A DNA stretch of 64,000 bases from Eledone cirrhosa (Eukaryota). Position numbers and translations under genes: made by a program. This document shows, piece after piece, positions 1 to 11,779 of this stretch. The first letter of the stretch is position 1, and each line of letters begins with the position of its first letter. Location: NCBI GenBank assembly GCA_964016885.1, contig OZ024741.1, positions 7,874,001 to 7,938,000 on the forward strand. Reading direction: 5' to 3'. The notes below the pieces were generated by a model. The model was not told the origin of the DNA. It saw only the letters and a program-made list of their open reading frames with translations, and did no database searches.

Positions 1-2663
1 TTCCAGTGTTAACCTAGACAGTTGTAAAGTTCCAGTGTTACCCTAGACAGTCGTAAAGTTCCAGTGTTTCCCTAGACAGTTCTAAAGTTCAAGTCTTAAT
101 CTTGACAGTGGTATAGTTCCAGTGTTAACCTAGACAGTCGTAAAGTTCGAGAGTTACCATAGACAGTGGTAAAGTTCCAGTGTTACCCTAGACAGTGGTA
201 AAGTTCCAGTGTTACCCTAGACAGTGGTAAAGTTCCAGTGTTACGCTAGACAGTGGTAAAGTTCCAGTGTTACCCTAGACAGTTGTAAAGTTCCAGTGTT
301 ACACTAGACAGTTCTAAAGTTCCAGTGTTACGCAAGATAATTGTAAATTTCCAGTGTTACCCTAGACAGTTGTAAAGTTCCAGTGTTACCCTAGACCGTC
401 CTATAGTTCCAGTGTTACCCTAGACAGTCGTAAAGTTCCAGTGTTAACCTAGACAGTTGTAAAGTTCCAGTGTTACCCTAGACAGTCGTAAAGTTCCAGT
501 GTTATCCTAGACAGTTCTAAAGTTCCAGTGTTACCATATACAGTGGTAAAGTTCCAGTGTTACCCTAGACAGTGGTAAAGTTCCAGTGTTACCCTAGACA
601 GTGGTAAAGTTCCAGTGTTACGCTAGACAGTGGTAAAGTTCCAGTGTTACCCTGGACAGTCGTAAAGTTCCAGTGTTACCCTAGACAGTGGTAAAGTTCC
701 AGTGTTAGCCTAGACAGTGGTAAAGTTCCAGTATTACCCTAGACAGTTTTAAAGTTCCAGTGTTACCCTACACAGTTGTAAAGTTCCAGTGTTGCCCTAG
801 ACAGTGGTAAAGTTCCAGTGTTACCCTAGCCAGTGGTAAAGTTCCAGTGTTACCCTAGACAGTTGTAAAGTTCCATTGTTACCCTAGACAGTGGTAAAGT
901 TCCAGTGTTAGCCTAGACAGCTCTAAAGTTCCACTGTTACCATAGACAGTTCTAAAGTTCCAGTGTTACCCTAGACAGTGGTAAAGTTCCAGTGTTACCG
1001 TAGATAGTTGTAAATTTCCAGTGTTGCCCTAGACAGTGGTAAAGTTCCAGTGTTACCCTAGACCGTTGTATATATCCAGTGTTACCCTTGACAGTGGTAA
1101 ATTTCCAGTGTTACCCTAGACAGTTGTAAAGTTCTAGTGTTACCCTAGACAGTTGTAAAGTTCCAGTGTTACCCTAGACAGTGGTAAAGTTCCAGTGTTA
1201 CACTAGACAGTGGTAAAGTTCCAGTGTTACCCTAGATAGTGGTAAAGTTCCAGAGTTACCCTAGAAAGTGGTAATGTTCCAGTGTTACCCTAGACAGTTC
1301 TAGAGTTCCAGTGTAACCCTAGAGAGTTGTAAAGTTCCAGTGTTACCCTAGCCAGTGGTAAAGTTCCAGTGTTAACCTAGACAGTTGTAAAGTTCCAGTG
1401 CTACCCTAGGCAGTCGTAAAGTTCCGGTGTTAACCTAGACAGTTGTAAAGTTCCAGTGTTACCCTAGACAGTCGTAAATTTCCAGGTTTACCCTAGACGA
1501 TGGTAAAGTTACAGTGTTACCCTAGACAGTGGTAAAGTTCCAGTGTTACCCTAGACAGATGTAAAGTTCCTGTGTTGCCATAGACAGTGGTAAAGTTCCA
1601 GTGTTACCCTAGACAGTTGTAAAGTTCCAGTGTTACCCTAGACAGTGGTAAAGTTCCAGTGTTACCCTAGACTAGACAGTTGTAAAGCTCCAGTGTTACC
1701 CTAGACTAGACAGTTGTAAAACTCCAGTGTTACCCTAGACTATACAGTTGTAAAGCACCAGTGTTACCCTAGACAGTGGTAAAGTTCCAGTGTTACCCTA
1801 GACAGTGGTAAAGTTCCAGTGTTTCCCTAGACAGTGGTAAAGTTCCTGTGTTACTCTAGACAGTTGTAAAGTTCCAGTGTTTTCCTAGACAGTGGTAAAG
1901 CTCCAGTGTTACTCTAGACAGTGCAGTGGTAAAGTTCCAGTGTTACCCTAGTCAGTTGTAAAGTTCCAGTGTTACCCTAGACAGTGGTAAACTTCCAGTG
2001 TTACCCTAGACAGTTGTAAAGTTCCAGTGTTTCCCTAGACAGTTGTAAAGTTCCTGTGAAACCCTAGACAGTGGTAAAGTTCCAGTGTTACTGTAGACAG
2101 TGGTAAAGTTCCAGTGCTAACCTAGACTACACAGTTGTAAAGTTCCAGTGTTACCATACCAGTGGTAAAGTTCCAGTGTTAACCTAGACAGTGCTAAAGT
2201 TCCAGTGTTACCCTAGACAGTGGTAAATTTCCAGTGTTACCCTAGACAGTGGTAAAGTTCCAGTGTTACCCTAGACAGTTCTAATGTTCCAGTCTTAGCC
2301 TAGACAGTTCTAAAGTTCCAGTGTTACCCTAGACAGTTCTAAAGTTCCAGTGTTACCCTAGACAGTGGTAAAGTTCCAGTGTTACCCTAGACAGTGGTAA
2401 ATTTGCAATGTTACCCTAGAGAGTTGTAAATTTCCAGTGTTACCCTAGATAGTGGTAAAGTTGCAGTGTTACCCTAGACAGTTGTAAAGTTTCAGTGTTA
2501 CCCTAGAACGTGGTAATGTTCCAGTGTTACCTTAGACAGTTCTAGATTTCCAGTGAACCCTAGACAGTTGTAAAGTTCCAGTGTTACCCTAATCAGTGGT
2601 AAATGTTCCAGTGTTAACCTAGACAGTTGTAAAGTTCCAGTGTTACCCTAGACAGTCGTAAAG

Positions 2664-3848
2664 TTCCAGTGTTAACCTAGACAGTTGTAAAGTTCCAGTG
2701 TTACCCTAGACAGTCGTAAAGTTCCAGTGTTACCCTAGACAGTTCTAAAGTTCAAGTCTTAATCTTGACAGTGGTATAGTTCCAGTGTTAACCTAGACAG
2801 TCGTAAAGTTCGAGAGTTACCATAGACAGTGGTAAAGTTCCAGTGTTACCCTAGACAGTGGTAAAGTTCCAGTGTTACCCTAGACAGTGGTAAAGTTCCA
2901 GTGTTACGCTAGACAGTGGTAAAGTTCCAGTGTTACCCTAGACAGTTGTAAAGTTCCAGTGTTACACTAGACAGTTCTAAAGTTCCAGTGTTACGCAAGA
3001 TAATTGTAAATTTCCAGTGTTACCCTAGACAGTTGTAAAGTTCCAGTGTTACCCTAGACCGTCCTATAGTTCCAGTGTTACCCTAGACAGTCGTAAAGTT
3101 CCAGTGTTAACCTAGACAGTTGTAAAGTTCCAGTGTTACCCTAGACAGTCGTAAAGTTCCAGTGTTATCCTAGACAGTTCTAAAGTTCCAGTGTTACCAT
3201 ATACAGTGGTAAAGTTCCAGTGTTACCCTAGACAGTGGTAAAGTTCCAGTGTTACCCTAGAGAGTTGTAAATTTCCAGTGTTACGCTAGACAGTGGTAAA
3301 GTTCCAGTGTTACCCTGGACAGTCGTAAAGTTCCAGTGTTACCCTAGACAGTGGTAAAGTTCCAGTGTTAGCCTAGACAGTGGTAAAGTTCCAGTATTAC
3401 CCTAGACAGTTTTAAAGTTCCAGTGTTACCCTACACAGTTGTAAAGTTCCAGTGTTGCCCTAGACAGTGGTAAAGTTCCAGTGTTACCCTAGCCAGTGGT
3501 AAAGTTCCAGTGTTACCCTAGACAGTTGTAAAGTTCCATTGTTACCCTAGACAGTGGTAAAGTTCCAGTGTTAGCCTAGACAGCTCTAAAGTTCCACTGT
3601 TACCCTAGACAGTTCTAAAGTTCCAGTGTTACCCTAGACAGTGGTAAAGTTCCAGTGTTACCGTAGATATTTGTAAATTTCCAGTGTTGCCCTAGACAGT
3701 GGTAAAGTTCCAGTGTTACCCTAGACCGTTGTATATATCCAGTGTTACCCTTGACAGTGGTAAATTTCCAGTGTTACCCTAGACAGTTGTAAAGTTCCAG
3801 TGTTACCCTAGACAGTTGTAAAGTTCCAGTGTTACCCTAGACAGTGGT
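2664..3848 (+). repeat. Higher-order copy of about 1-1185 (offset 2663 bp)
   Basis: Rare markers recur at a constant offset: AAGTCTTAATCTTGAC at 91 and 2754; GACCGTTGTATATATCC at 1061 and 3724. Confidence 0.88.
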
Positions 3849-3879
3849 AAACTTCCAGTGTTACCCTAGACAGTTGTAA

Positions 3880-4380
3880 AGTTCCTGTGTCACTGTAGAC
3901 AGTGGTAAAGTTCCAGTGCTAACCTAGACTACACAGTTGTAAAGTTCCAGTGTTACCATACCAGTGGTAAAGTTCCAGTGTTAACCTAGACAGTTCTAAA
4001 GTTCCAGTGTTACCCTAGACAGTGGTAAATTTCCAGTGTAACCCTAGACAGTGGTAAAGTTCCAGTGTTACCCTAGACAGTTCTAATGTTCCAGTGTTAG
4101 CCTAGACAGTTCTAAAGTTCCAGTGTTACCCTAGACAGTTCTAAAGTTCCAGTGTTACCCTAGACAGTGGTAAAGTTCCAGTGTTACCCTAGACAGTGGT
4201 AAATTTGCAGTGTTACCCTAGAGAGTTGTAAATTTCCAGTGTTACCCTAGATAGTGGTAAAGTTGCAGTGTTACCCTAGACAGTTGTAAAGTTTCAGTGT
4301 TACCCTAGAACGTGGTAATGTTCCAGTGTTACCTTAGACAGTTCTAGATTTCCAGTGAACCCTAGACAGTTGTAAAGTTC
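3880..4380 (+). repeat. Higher-order copy of about 2080-2580 (offset 1802 bp)
   Basis: TTACCATACCAGTGG at 2151 and 3953; the CAGTGAACCC deletion monomer at 2551 and 4353. Confidence 0.82.
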
Positions 4381-6110
4381 CAGTGTTACCCTAGACAGTC
4401 GTAAAGTTCCAGTGTTAACCTAGACAGTTGTAAAGTTCCAGTGTTACCCTAGACAGTCGTAAAGTTCCAGTGTTATCCTAGACAGTTCTAAAGTTCCAGT
4501 GTTACCATATACAGTGGTAAAGTTCCAGTGTTACCCTAGACAGTGGTAAAGTTCCAGTGTTACCCTAGACAGTGGTAAAGTTCCAGTGTTACGCTAGACA
4601 GTGGTAAAGTTCCAGTGTTACCCTGGACAGTCGTAAAGTTCCAGTTTTACCCTAGACAGTGGTAAAGTTCCAGTGTTAGCCTAGACAGTGGTAAAGTTCC
4701 AGTATTACCCTAGACAGTTTTAAAGTTCCAGTGTTACCCTACACAGTTGTAAAGTTCCAGTGTTGCCCTAGACAGTGGTAAAGTTCCAGTGTTACCCTAG
4801 CCAGTGGTAAAGTTCCAGTGTTACCCTAGACAGTTGTAAAGTTCCATTGTTACCCTAGACAGTGGTAAAGTTCCAGTGTTAGCCTAGACAGCTCTTAAGT
4901 TACACTGTTACCCTAGACAGTTCTAAAGTTCCAGTGTTACCCTAGACAGTGGTAAAGTTCCAGTGTTACCGTAGATAGTTGTAAATTTCCAGTGTTGCCC
5001 TAGACAGTGGTAAAGTTCCAGTGTTAGCCTAGACCGTTGTATATATCCAGTGTTACCCTTGACAGTGGTAAATTTCCAGTGTTACCCTAGACAGTTGTAA
5101 AGTTCTAGTGTTACCCTAGACAGTTGTAAAGTTCCAGTGTTACCCTAGACAGTGGTAAAGTTCCAGTGTTACACTAGACAGTGGTAAAGTTCCAGTGTTA
5201 CCCTAGATAGTGTTAAAGTTCCAGAGTTACCCTAGAAAGTGGTAATGTTCCAGTGTTACCCTAGACAGTTCTAGAGTTCCAGTGTAACCCTAGAGAGTTG
5301 TAAAGTTCCAGTGTTACCCTAGCCAGTGGTAAAGTTCCAGTGTTAACCTAGACAGTTGTAAAGTTCCAGTGCTACCCTAGACAGTCGTAAAGTTCCGGTG
5401 TTAACCTAGACAGTTGTAAAGTTCCAGTGTTACCCTAGACAGTCGTAAATTTCCAGGTTTACCCTAGACGATGGTAAAGTTACAGTGTTACCCTAGACAG
5501 TGGTAAAGTTCCAGTGTTACCCTAGACAGATGTAAAGTTCCTGTGTTGCCATAGACAGTGGTAAAGTTCCAGTGTTACCCTAGACAGTTGTAAAGTTCCA
5601 GTGTTACCCTAGACAGTGGTAAAGTTCCAGTGTTACCCTAGACTAGACAGTTGTAAAGCTCCAGTGTTACCCTAGACTAGACAGTTGTAAAACTCCAGTG
5701 TTACCCTAGACTATACAGTTGTAAAGCACCAGTGTTACCCTAGACAGTGGTAAAGTTCCAGTGTTACCCTAGACAGTGGTAAAGTTCCAGTGTTTCCCTA
5801 GACAGTGGTAAAGTTCCTGTGTTACTCTAGACAGTTGTAAAGTTCCAGTGTTTTCCTAGACAGTGGTAAAGCTCCAGTGTTACTCTAGACAGTGGTAAAG
5901 TTCCAGTGTTACCCTAGACAGTTGTAAAGTTCCAGTGTTACCCTAGACAGTGGTAAACTTCCAGTGTTACCCTAGACAGTTGTAAAGTTCCAGTGTTTCC
6001 CTAGACAGTTGTAAAGTTCCTGTGAAACCCTAGACAGTGGTAAAGTTCCAGTGTTACTGTAGACAGTGGTAAAGTTCCAGTGCGAACCTAGACTACACAG
6101 TTGTAAAGCT
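4380..6110 (+). repeat. Higher-order copy of about 410-2140 (offset 3971, then 3966 bp)
   Basis: GACCGTTGTATATATCC at 1061 and 5032; TCCAGGTTTA at 1481 and 5452; TGTGAAACCC at 2055 and 6021. The 5-bp offset drop matches the CAGTG duplication at 1919-1928, which is present only in the first copy. Confidence 0.88.
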
Positions 6111-9100
6111 CCAGTGTTACCCTAGACAATGGTAAAGCTCCAGTGTTACTCTAGACAGTTCTAAAGTTCCAGTGATACCCTAGACAGTGGTAAAGTTCCA
6201 GTGTTACACTAGATAGTTGTAAAGTTCCAGTGTTACCCTAGGCAGTAGTAAAGTTCCAGTGTTACCCTAGAATATACAGTTGTAAAGCACCAGTGTTACC
6301 CTAGACAGTGGTAAAGTTCCAGTGTTTCCCTAGACAGTGGTAAAGTTCCAGTGTTACCCTAGAGAGTCGTAAATTTCCAGTGTTACCCTAGACAGTCGTA
6401 AAGTTCCAGTGTTACCCTAGACAGTGGTAAAGTTCCAGTGTTACACTAGACAGTGGTAAAGTTCCAGTGTTACCCTAGATAGTGGTAATGTTCCAGTGTT
6501 ACCCTAGACAGTTCTAGAGTTCCAGTGTAACCCTAGAGAGTTGTAAAGTTCCAGTGTTACCCTAGCCAGTGGTAAAGTTCCAGTGTTAACCTAGACAGTT
6601 GTAAAGTTCCAGTGCTACCCTAGACAGTCGTAAAGTTTCGGTGTTAACCTAGACAGTTGTAAAGATCCAGTGTTACGCTAGACAGTCGTAAATTTCCAGT
6701 TTTACCCTAGACGATGGTAAAGTTACAGTGTTACCCTAGACAGTGGTAAAGTTCCAGTGTTACCCTAGACAGATGTAAAGTTCCAGTGTTGCCATAGACA
6801 GTGGTAAAGTTCCAGTGTTACCCTAGACAGTGGTAAAGTTCCAGTTTTACCCTAGACAGTGGTAATGTTCCAGTGTTACCCTAGACTAGACAGTTGTAAA
6901 GCTCCAGTGTTACCCTAGACTAGACAGTTGTAAAGCTCCAGTGTTACCCTAGACAGTTGTAAAGTTCCAGTGTTACCCTAGACAGTTGTGAAGTTCCAGT
7001 GTTACCCTAGACAGTTGTAAAGTTCCAGTTTTACCCTAGACGGTGGTAATGTTCCAGTGTTACCCTAGACTAGACAGTTGTAAAACTCCAGTGTTACCCT
7101 AGACTATACAGTTGTAAAGCACCTGTGTTACCCTAGACAGTGGTAAAGTTCCAGTGTTACCCTAGACAGTGGTGAAGTTCCAGTGTTACCCTAGACAGTG
7201 GTAAAGTTCCAGTGTTTCCCTAGACAGTGGTAAAGTTCCTGTGTTACTCTAGACAGTTGTAAAGTTCCAGTGTTTCCCTAGACAGTGGTAAAGTTCCAGT
7301 GTTACTCTAGACAGTGGTAAAGTTCCAGTGTTACCCTAGATAGTTGTAAAGTTCCAGTGTTACCCTAGACAGTGGTAAACTTCCAGTGTTACCCTAGACA
7401 GTTGTAAAGTTCCAGTGTTTCCCTAGACAGTTGTAAAGTTCCTGTGTTACCCTAGACAGTGGTAAAGTTCCAGTGTTACCGTAGACAGTGGTAAAGTTCC
7501 AGTGCTAACCTAGACTACACAGTTGTAAAGCTCCAGTGTTACCCTAGACAGTGGTAAAGTTCCAGTGTTACCCTAGAATAAACAGTTGTAAAGCACCAGT
7601 GTTACCCTAGACAGTGGTAAAGTTCCAGTGTTTCCCTAGACAGTGGTAAAGTTCCAGTGTTACCCTAGAGAGTCGTAAATTTCCAGTGTTACCCTAGACA
7701 GTCGTAAAGTTCCAGTGTTACCCTAGACAGTTCTAATGTTCCAGTGTTACCATATACTGTGGTAAAGTTCCAGTGTTACCCTAGACAGATGTAAAGTTCC
7801 AGTGTTGCCATAGACAGTGGTAAAGTTCCAGTGTTACCCTAGACAGTTGTAAAGTTCCAGTGTTATCTTAGACAGTGGTAAAGTTCCAGTGTTACCCTAG
7901 ACAGTGGTAAACTTCCAGTGTTACCCTAGACAGTTGTAAAGTTCCAGTGTTTCCCTAGACAGTTGTAAAGTTCCTGTGTTACCCTAGACAGTGGTAAAGT
8001 TCCAGTGTTACCGTAGACAGTGGTAAAGTTCCAGTGCTAACCTAGACTACACAGTTGTAAAGCTCCAGTGTTACCCTAGACAGTGGTAAAGCTCCAGTGT
8101 TACTCTAGACAGTTCTAAAGTTCCAGTGATACCCTTGACAGTGGTAAAGTTCCAGTGTTACACTAGATAGTTGTAAAGTTCCAGTGTTACCCTAGACAGT
8201 GGTAAAGTTCCAGTGTTACCCTAGAATATACAGTTGTAAAGCACCAGTGTTACCCTAGACAGTGGTAAAGTTCCAGTGTTTCCCTAGACAGTGGTAAAGT
8301 TCCAGTGTTACCCTAGATAGTCGTAAATTTCCAGTGTTACCCTAGACAGTCGTAAAGTTCCAGTGTTACCCTAGACAGTTCTAATGTTCCAGTGTTACCA
8401 TATACTGTGGTAAAGTTCCAGAGTTACCCTAGACAGTGGTAAAATTCCAGTGTTACCCTAGACAGTTGTAAAGTTCCAGTGTTACCCTAGACAGTGGTAA
8501 AGTTCCAGTATTACTCGATACAGTTGAAAAGTTCCAGTGTTGCCCTAGACAGTGGTAAAGTGCCAGTGTTACCCTAGTCAGTTGTAAAGTTCCAGTTTTA
8601 CCCTAGACAGTCGTAAAGTTCCAGTGTTACCATAGACAGTAGTAAAGTTCCAGTGTTATCCTAGACAGTGGTAAAGTTCCAGTGTTAACCTAGACAGTTG
8701 GAAAGTTCGAGTGTTACCCTAGACAGTGGTAAATTTGCAGTGTTACCCTAGAGAGATCTAAATTATTAGTGTTACCATAGAAAGTGGTAAAGTTGCAGTG
8801 TTACCCTAGACAGTTGTAAAGATCCTGTGTTACCCAAGACAGTGGTAAAGTTTCAGAGTTACCCTAGACAGTTGTAAAGTTCCAGTGTTACCCTAGACAG
8901 ATGCAAAGTTCCAGTGTTACCCTAGACAGTTGTAAATTACAGTGTTACCCTGGAAAATGGTAATGTTCCAGTGTTACCCTACACTAGACAGTTGTAAAAC
9001 TCCAGTGTTACCCTAGACTATACAGTTGTAAAGCACCAGTGTTACCCTAGCTAGTGGTAAAGTTCCAGTGTTACCCTAGACAGTGGTGAAGTTCCAGTGT

Positions 9101-11779
9101 TACCCTAGACAGTGGTAAAGCTCCAGTGTTACCCTAGACAGTTGTAAAGTTCCAGTGTTTCCCTAGATAGTGGTAAAGTTCCTGTGTTTCCCTAGACAGT
9201 TGTAAAGTTCCAGTTTTACCCTAGACAGTGGTAATGTTCCAGTGTTACCCTACACTAGACAGTTGTAAAACTCCAGTGTTACCCTAGACTATACAGTTGT
9301 AAAGCACCAGTGTTACCCTAGCTAGTGGTAAAGTTCCAGTGTTACCCTAGACAGTGGTAAAGTTCCAGTGTTACCCCAGACAGTGGTAAAGTTCCAGTGT
9401 TAACCTAGACTACACAGTTGTAAAGCTCCAGTGTTATCCTAGACAGTGGTAAAGTTCCAGTGTTACCCTAGATAGTTGTAAAGTTCCAGTGTTACCCTAG
9501 ACAGTGGTAAACTTCCAGTGTTACCCTAGACAGTTGTAAAGTTCCAGGGTTTCCCTAGACAGTTATAAGTTCCTGTTACCCTAGACAGTGGTAAAGTTCC
9601 AGTGTTACCGTAGACAGTGGTAAAGTTCCAGTGTTAACCTAGACTACACAGTTGTAAAGCTCCAGTGTTACCCTAGACAGTGGTAAAGCTCCAGTGATAC
9701 CCTAGACAGTGGTAAAGTTCCAGTGTTACCCTAGAATATACAGTTGTAAAGCACCAGTGTTACCCTAGACAGTGGTAAAGTTCCAGTGTTTCCCTAGACA
9801 GTGGCAAAGTTCCAGTGTTACCCCAGAGAGTTGTAAATTTCTAGTGTTACCCTAGACAGTCGTAAAGTTCCCGTGTTACCCTAGACAGTTCTAATGTTCC
9901 AGTGTTACCATATACTGTGGTAAAGTTCCAGAGTTACCCTAGACAGTGGTAAAGTTCCAGTATTACCCGAGACAGTTGTAAAGTTCCAGTGTTACCCTAG
10001 ACAGTTGAAAAGTTCCAGTGTTGCCCTAGACAGTGGTAAAGTTCCAGTGTTACCCTAGTCAGTGGTAAAGTTCCGTGTTACCCTAGACAGTTCTAAAGTT
10101 CCAGTGTTACCCTAGACAGTTGCAAAGTTACAGTGTTACCCTAGACAGTGGTAAAGTTCCAGTGTTACCGTAGATAGTTGTAAATTTCCAGAGTTACCCT
10201 AGACAGTGGTAATGTTCCAGTGTTACCCTAGACCGTTGTATAGATGAAGTGTTACCCTAGACATTGGTAAATTTCCAGTGTTACCCTAGACAGTTGTAAA
10301 GTTCTAGTGTTACCCTAGACAGTTGTAAAGTTCCAGTGTTACCCTAGACAGTCGTAAAGTTCCAGTGTTACCCTAGACAGTGGTAAAGTTCCAGTGTTAC
10401 CCTAGACAGTGGTAAAGTTCCAGTGTTAACCTAGACAGTTGGAAAGTTCCATTGTTACCCTAGACAGTGGTAAATTTGCAGTGTTACCCTAGAGAGATCT
10501 AAATTTTTAGTGTTACCATAGAAAGTGGTAAAGTTGCAGTGTTACCCTAGACAGTTGTTAAGTTCCTGTGTTACCCTAGAACGTGGTAAAGTTCCAGTGT
10601 TACCCAAGACAGTGGTAAAGTTTCAGAGTTACCCTAGACAGTTGTAAAGTTACAGTGTTACTCTAGAAAGTGGTAATGTTCCAGTGTTACCCTAGACAGT
10701 TCTAGAGTTCCAGTGTAACCCTAGACAGTTGTAAAGTTCCAGTGTTACCCTAGACAGTGGTAAAGTTCCAGTGTTAACCTAGACAGTTGTAAAGTTCCAG
10801 TGTTACCCTAGACAGTCGTAAAGTTCCAGTGTTAACCTAGACAGTTGTAAAGTTCCAGTGTTACCCTAGACAGTCCTAAAGTTCCAGTGTTACCCTAGAC
10901 AGTGGTAAAGTTCCAGTGTTACCCTAGACAGTGGTAAAGTTCCAGTATTACCCTAGACAGTTGTAAAGTTCCAGTGTTACCCTAGACAGTTTTAAAGTTC
11001 CAGTGTTACCCTAGACAGTTGTAAATTTCCAGTGTTACCCTAGACAGTGGTAAAGTTCCAGTGTTACCCTGACAGCTCTAAAGTTCCAGTGTTACCCTAG
11101 ACAGTTCTAAAGTTCCAGTGTTACCCTAGACATTGGTAAAATTCCAGTGTTACCCTAGAGAGTTGTAAATTTCCGGTGTTGCCCTAGACAGTGGTAAAGT
11201 TCCAGTTTTACCCTAGACCGTTGTATAGATCCAGTGTTACCCTAGACAGTGGTAATTTCCAGTGTTACCCTAGACAGTTGTAAAGTTCTAGTGTTACCCT
11301 AGACAGTGGTAAAGTTCCAGTGTTACACTAGACATTGGTAAAGTTCCACTGTTACCGTAGATAGTTGTAAATTTGCAGTGTTGCCCTAGACAGTGGTAAA
11401 GTTCCAGTGTTACCATAGACCGTTGTATATATCCAGTGTTACCCTAGACAGTGGAACATTTCCAGTGTTACCCTAGACAGTTGTAAGGTTCCAGCGTTAC
11501 CCTAGACCGTTCTATAGTTCCAGTGTTACCCTAGACAGTCGTAAAATTCCAGTGTTAACCTAGACAGTTGTAAAGTTCCAGTGTTACCCTAGACAGTCGT
11601 AAAGTTCCAGTGTTACCCTAGACAGTTCTAAAGTTCCAGTGTTACCATATACAGTGGTAAAGTTCCAGTGTTACCCTAGACAGTGGTAAAGTTCCAGTGT
11701 TACCCTAGACAGTGGTAAAGTTCCAGTGTTACGCCAGACAGTGGTAAAGTTCCAGTGTTACCCTGGACAGTTCTAAAGT

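Noticed and set aside
191-197. RAG recombination-signal heptamer-like GACAGTG (versus CACAGTG)
   Set aside because: The critical first C of CAC is missing in the consensus, there is no ACAAAAACC nonamer at 12 or 23 bp, and there are no gene segments.
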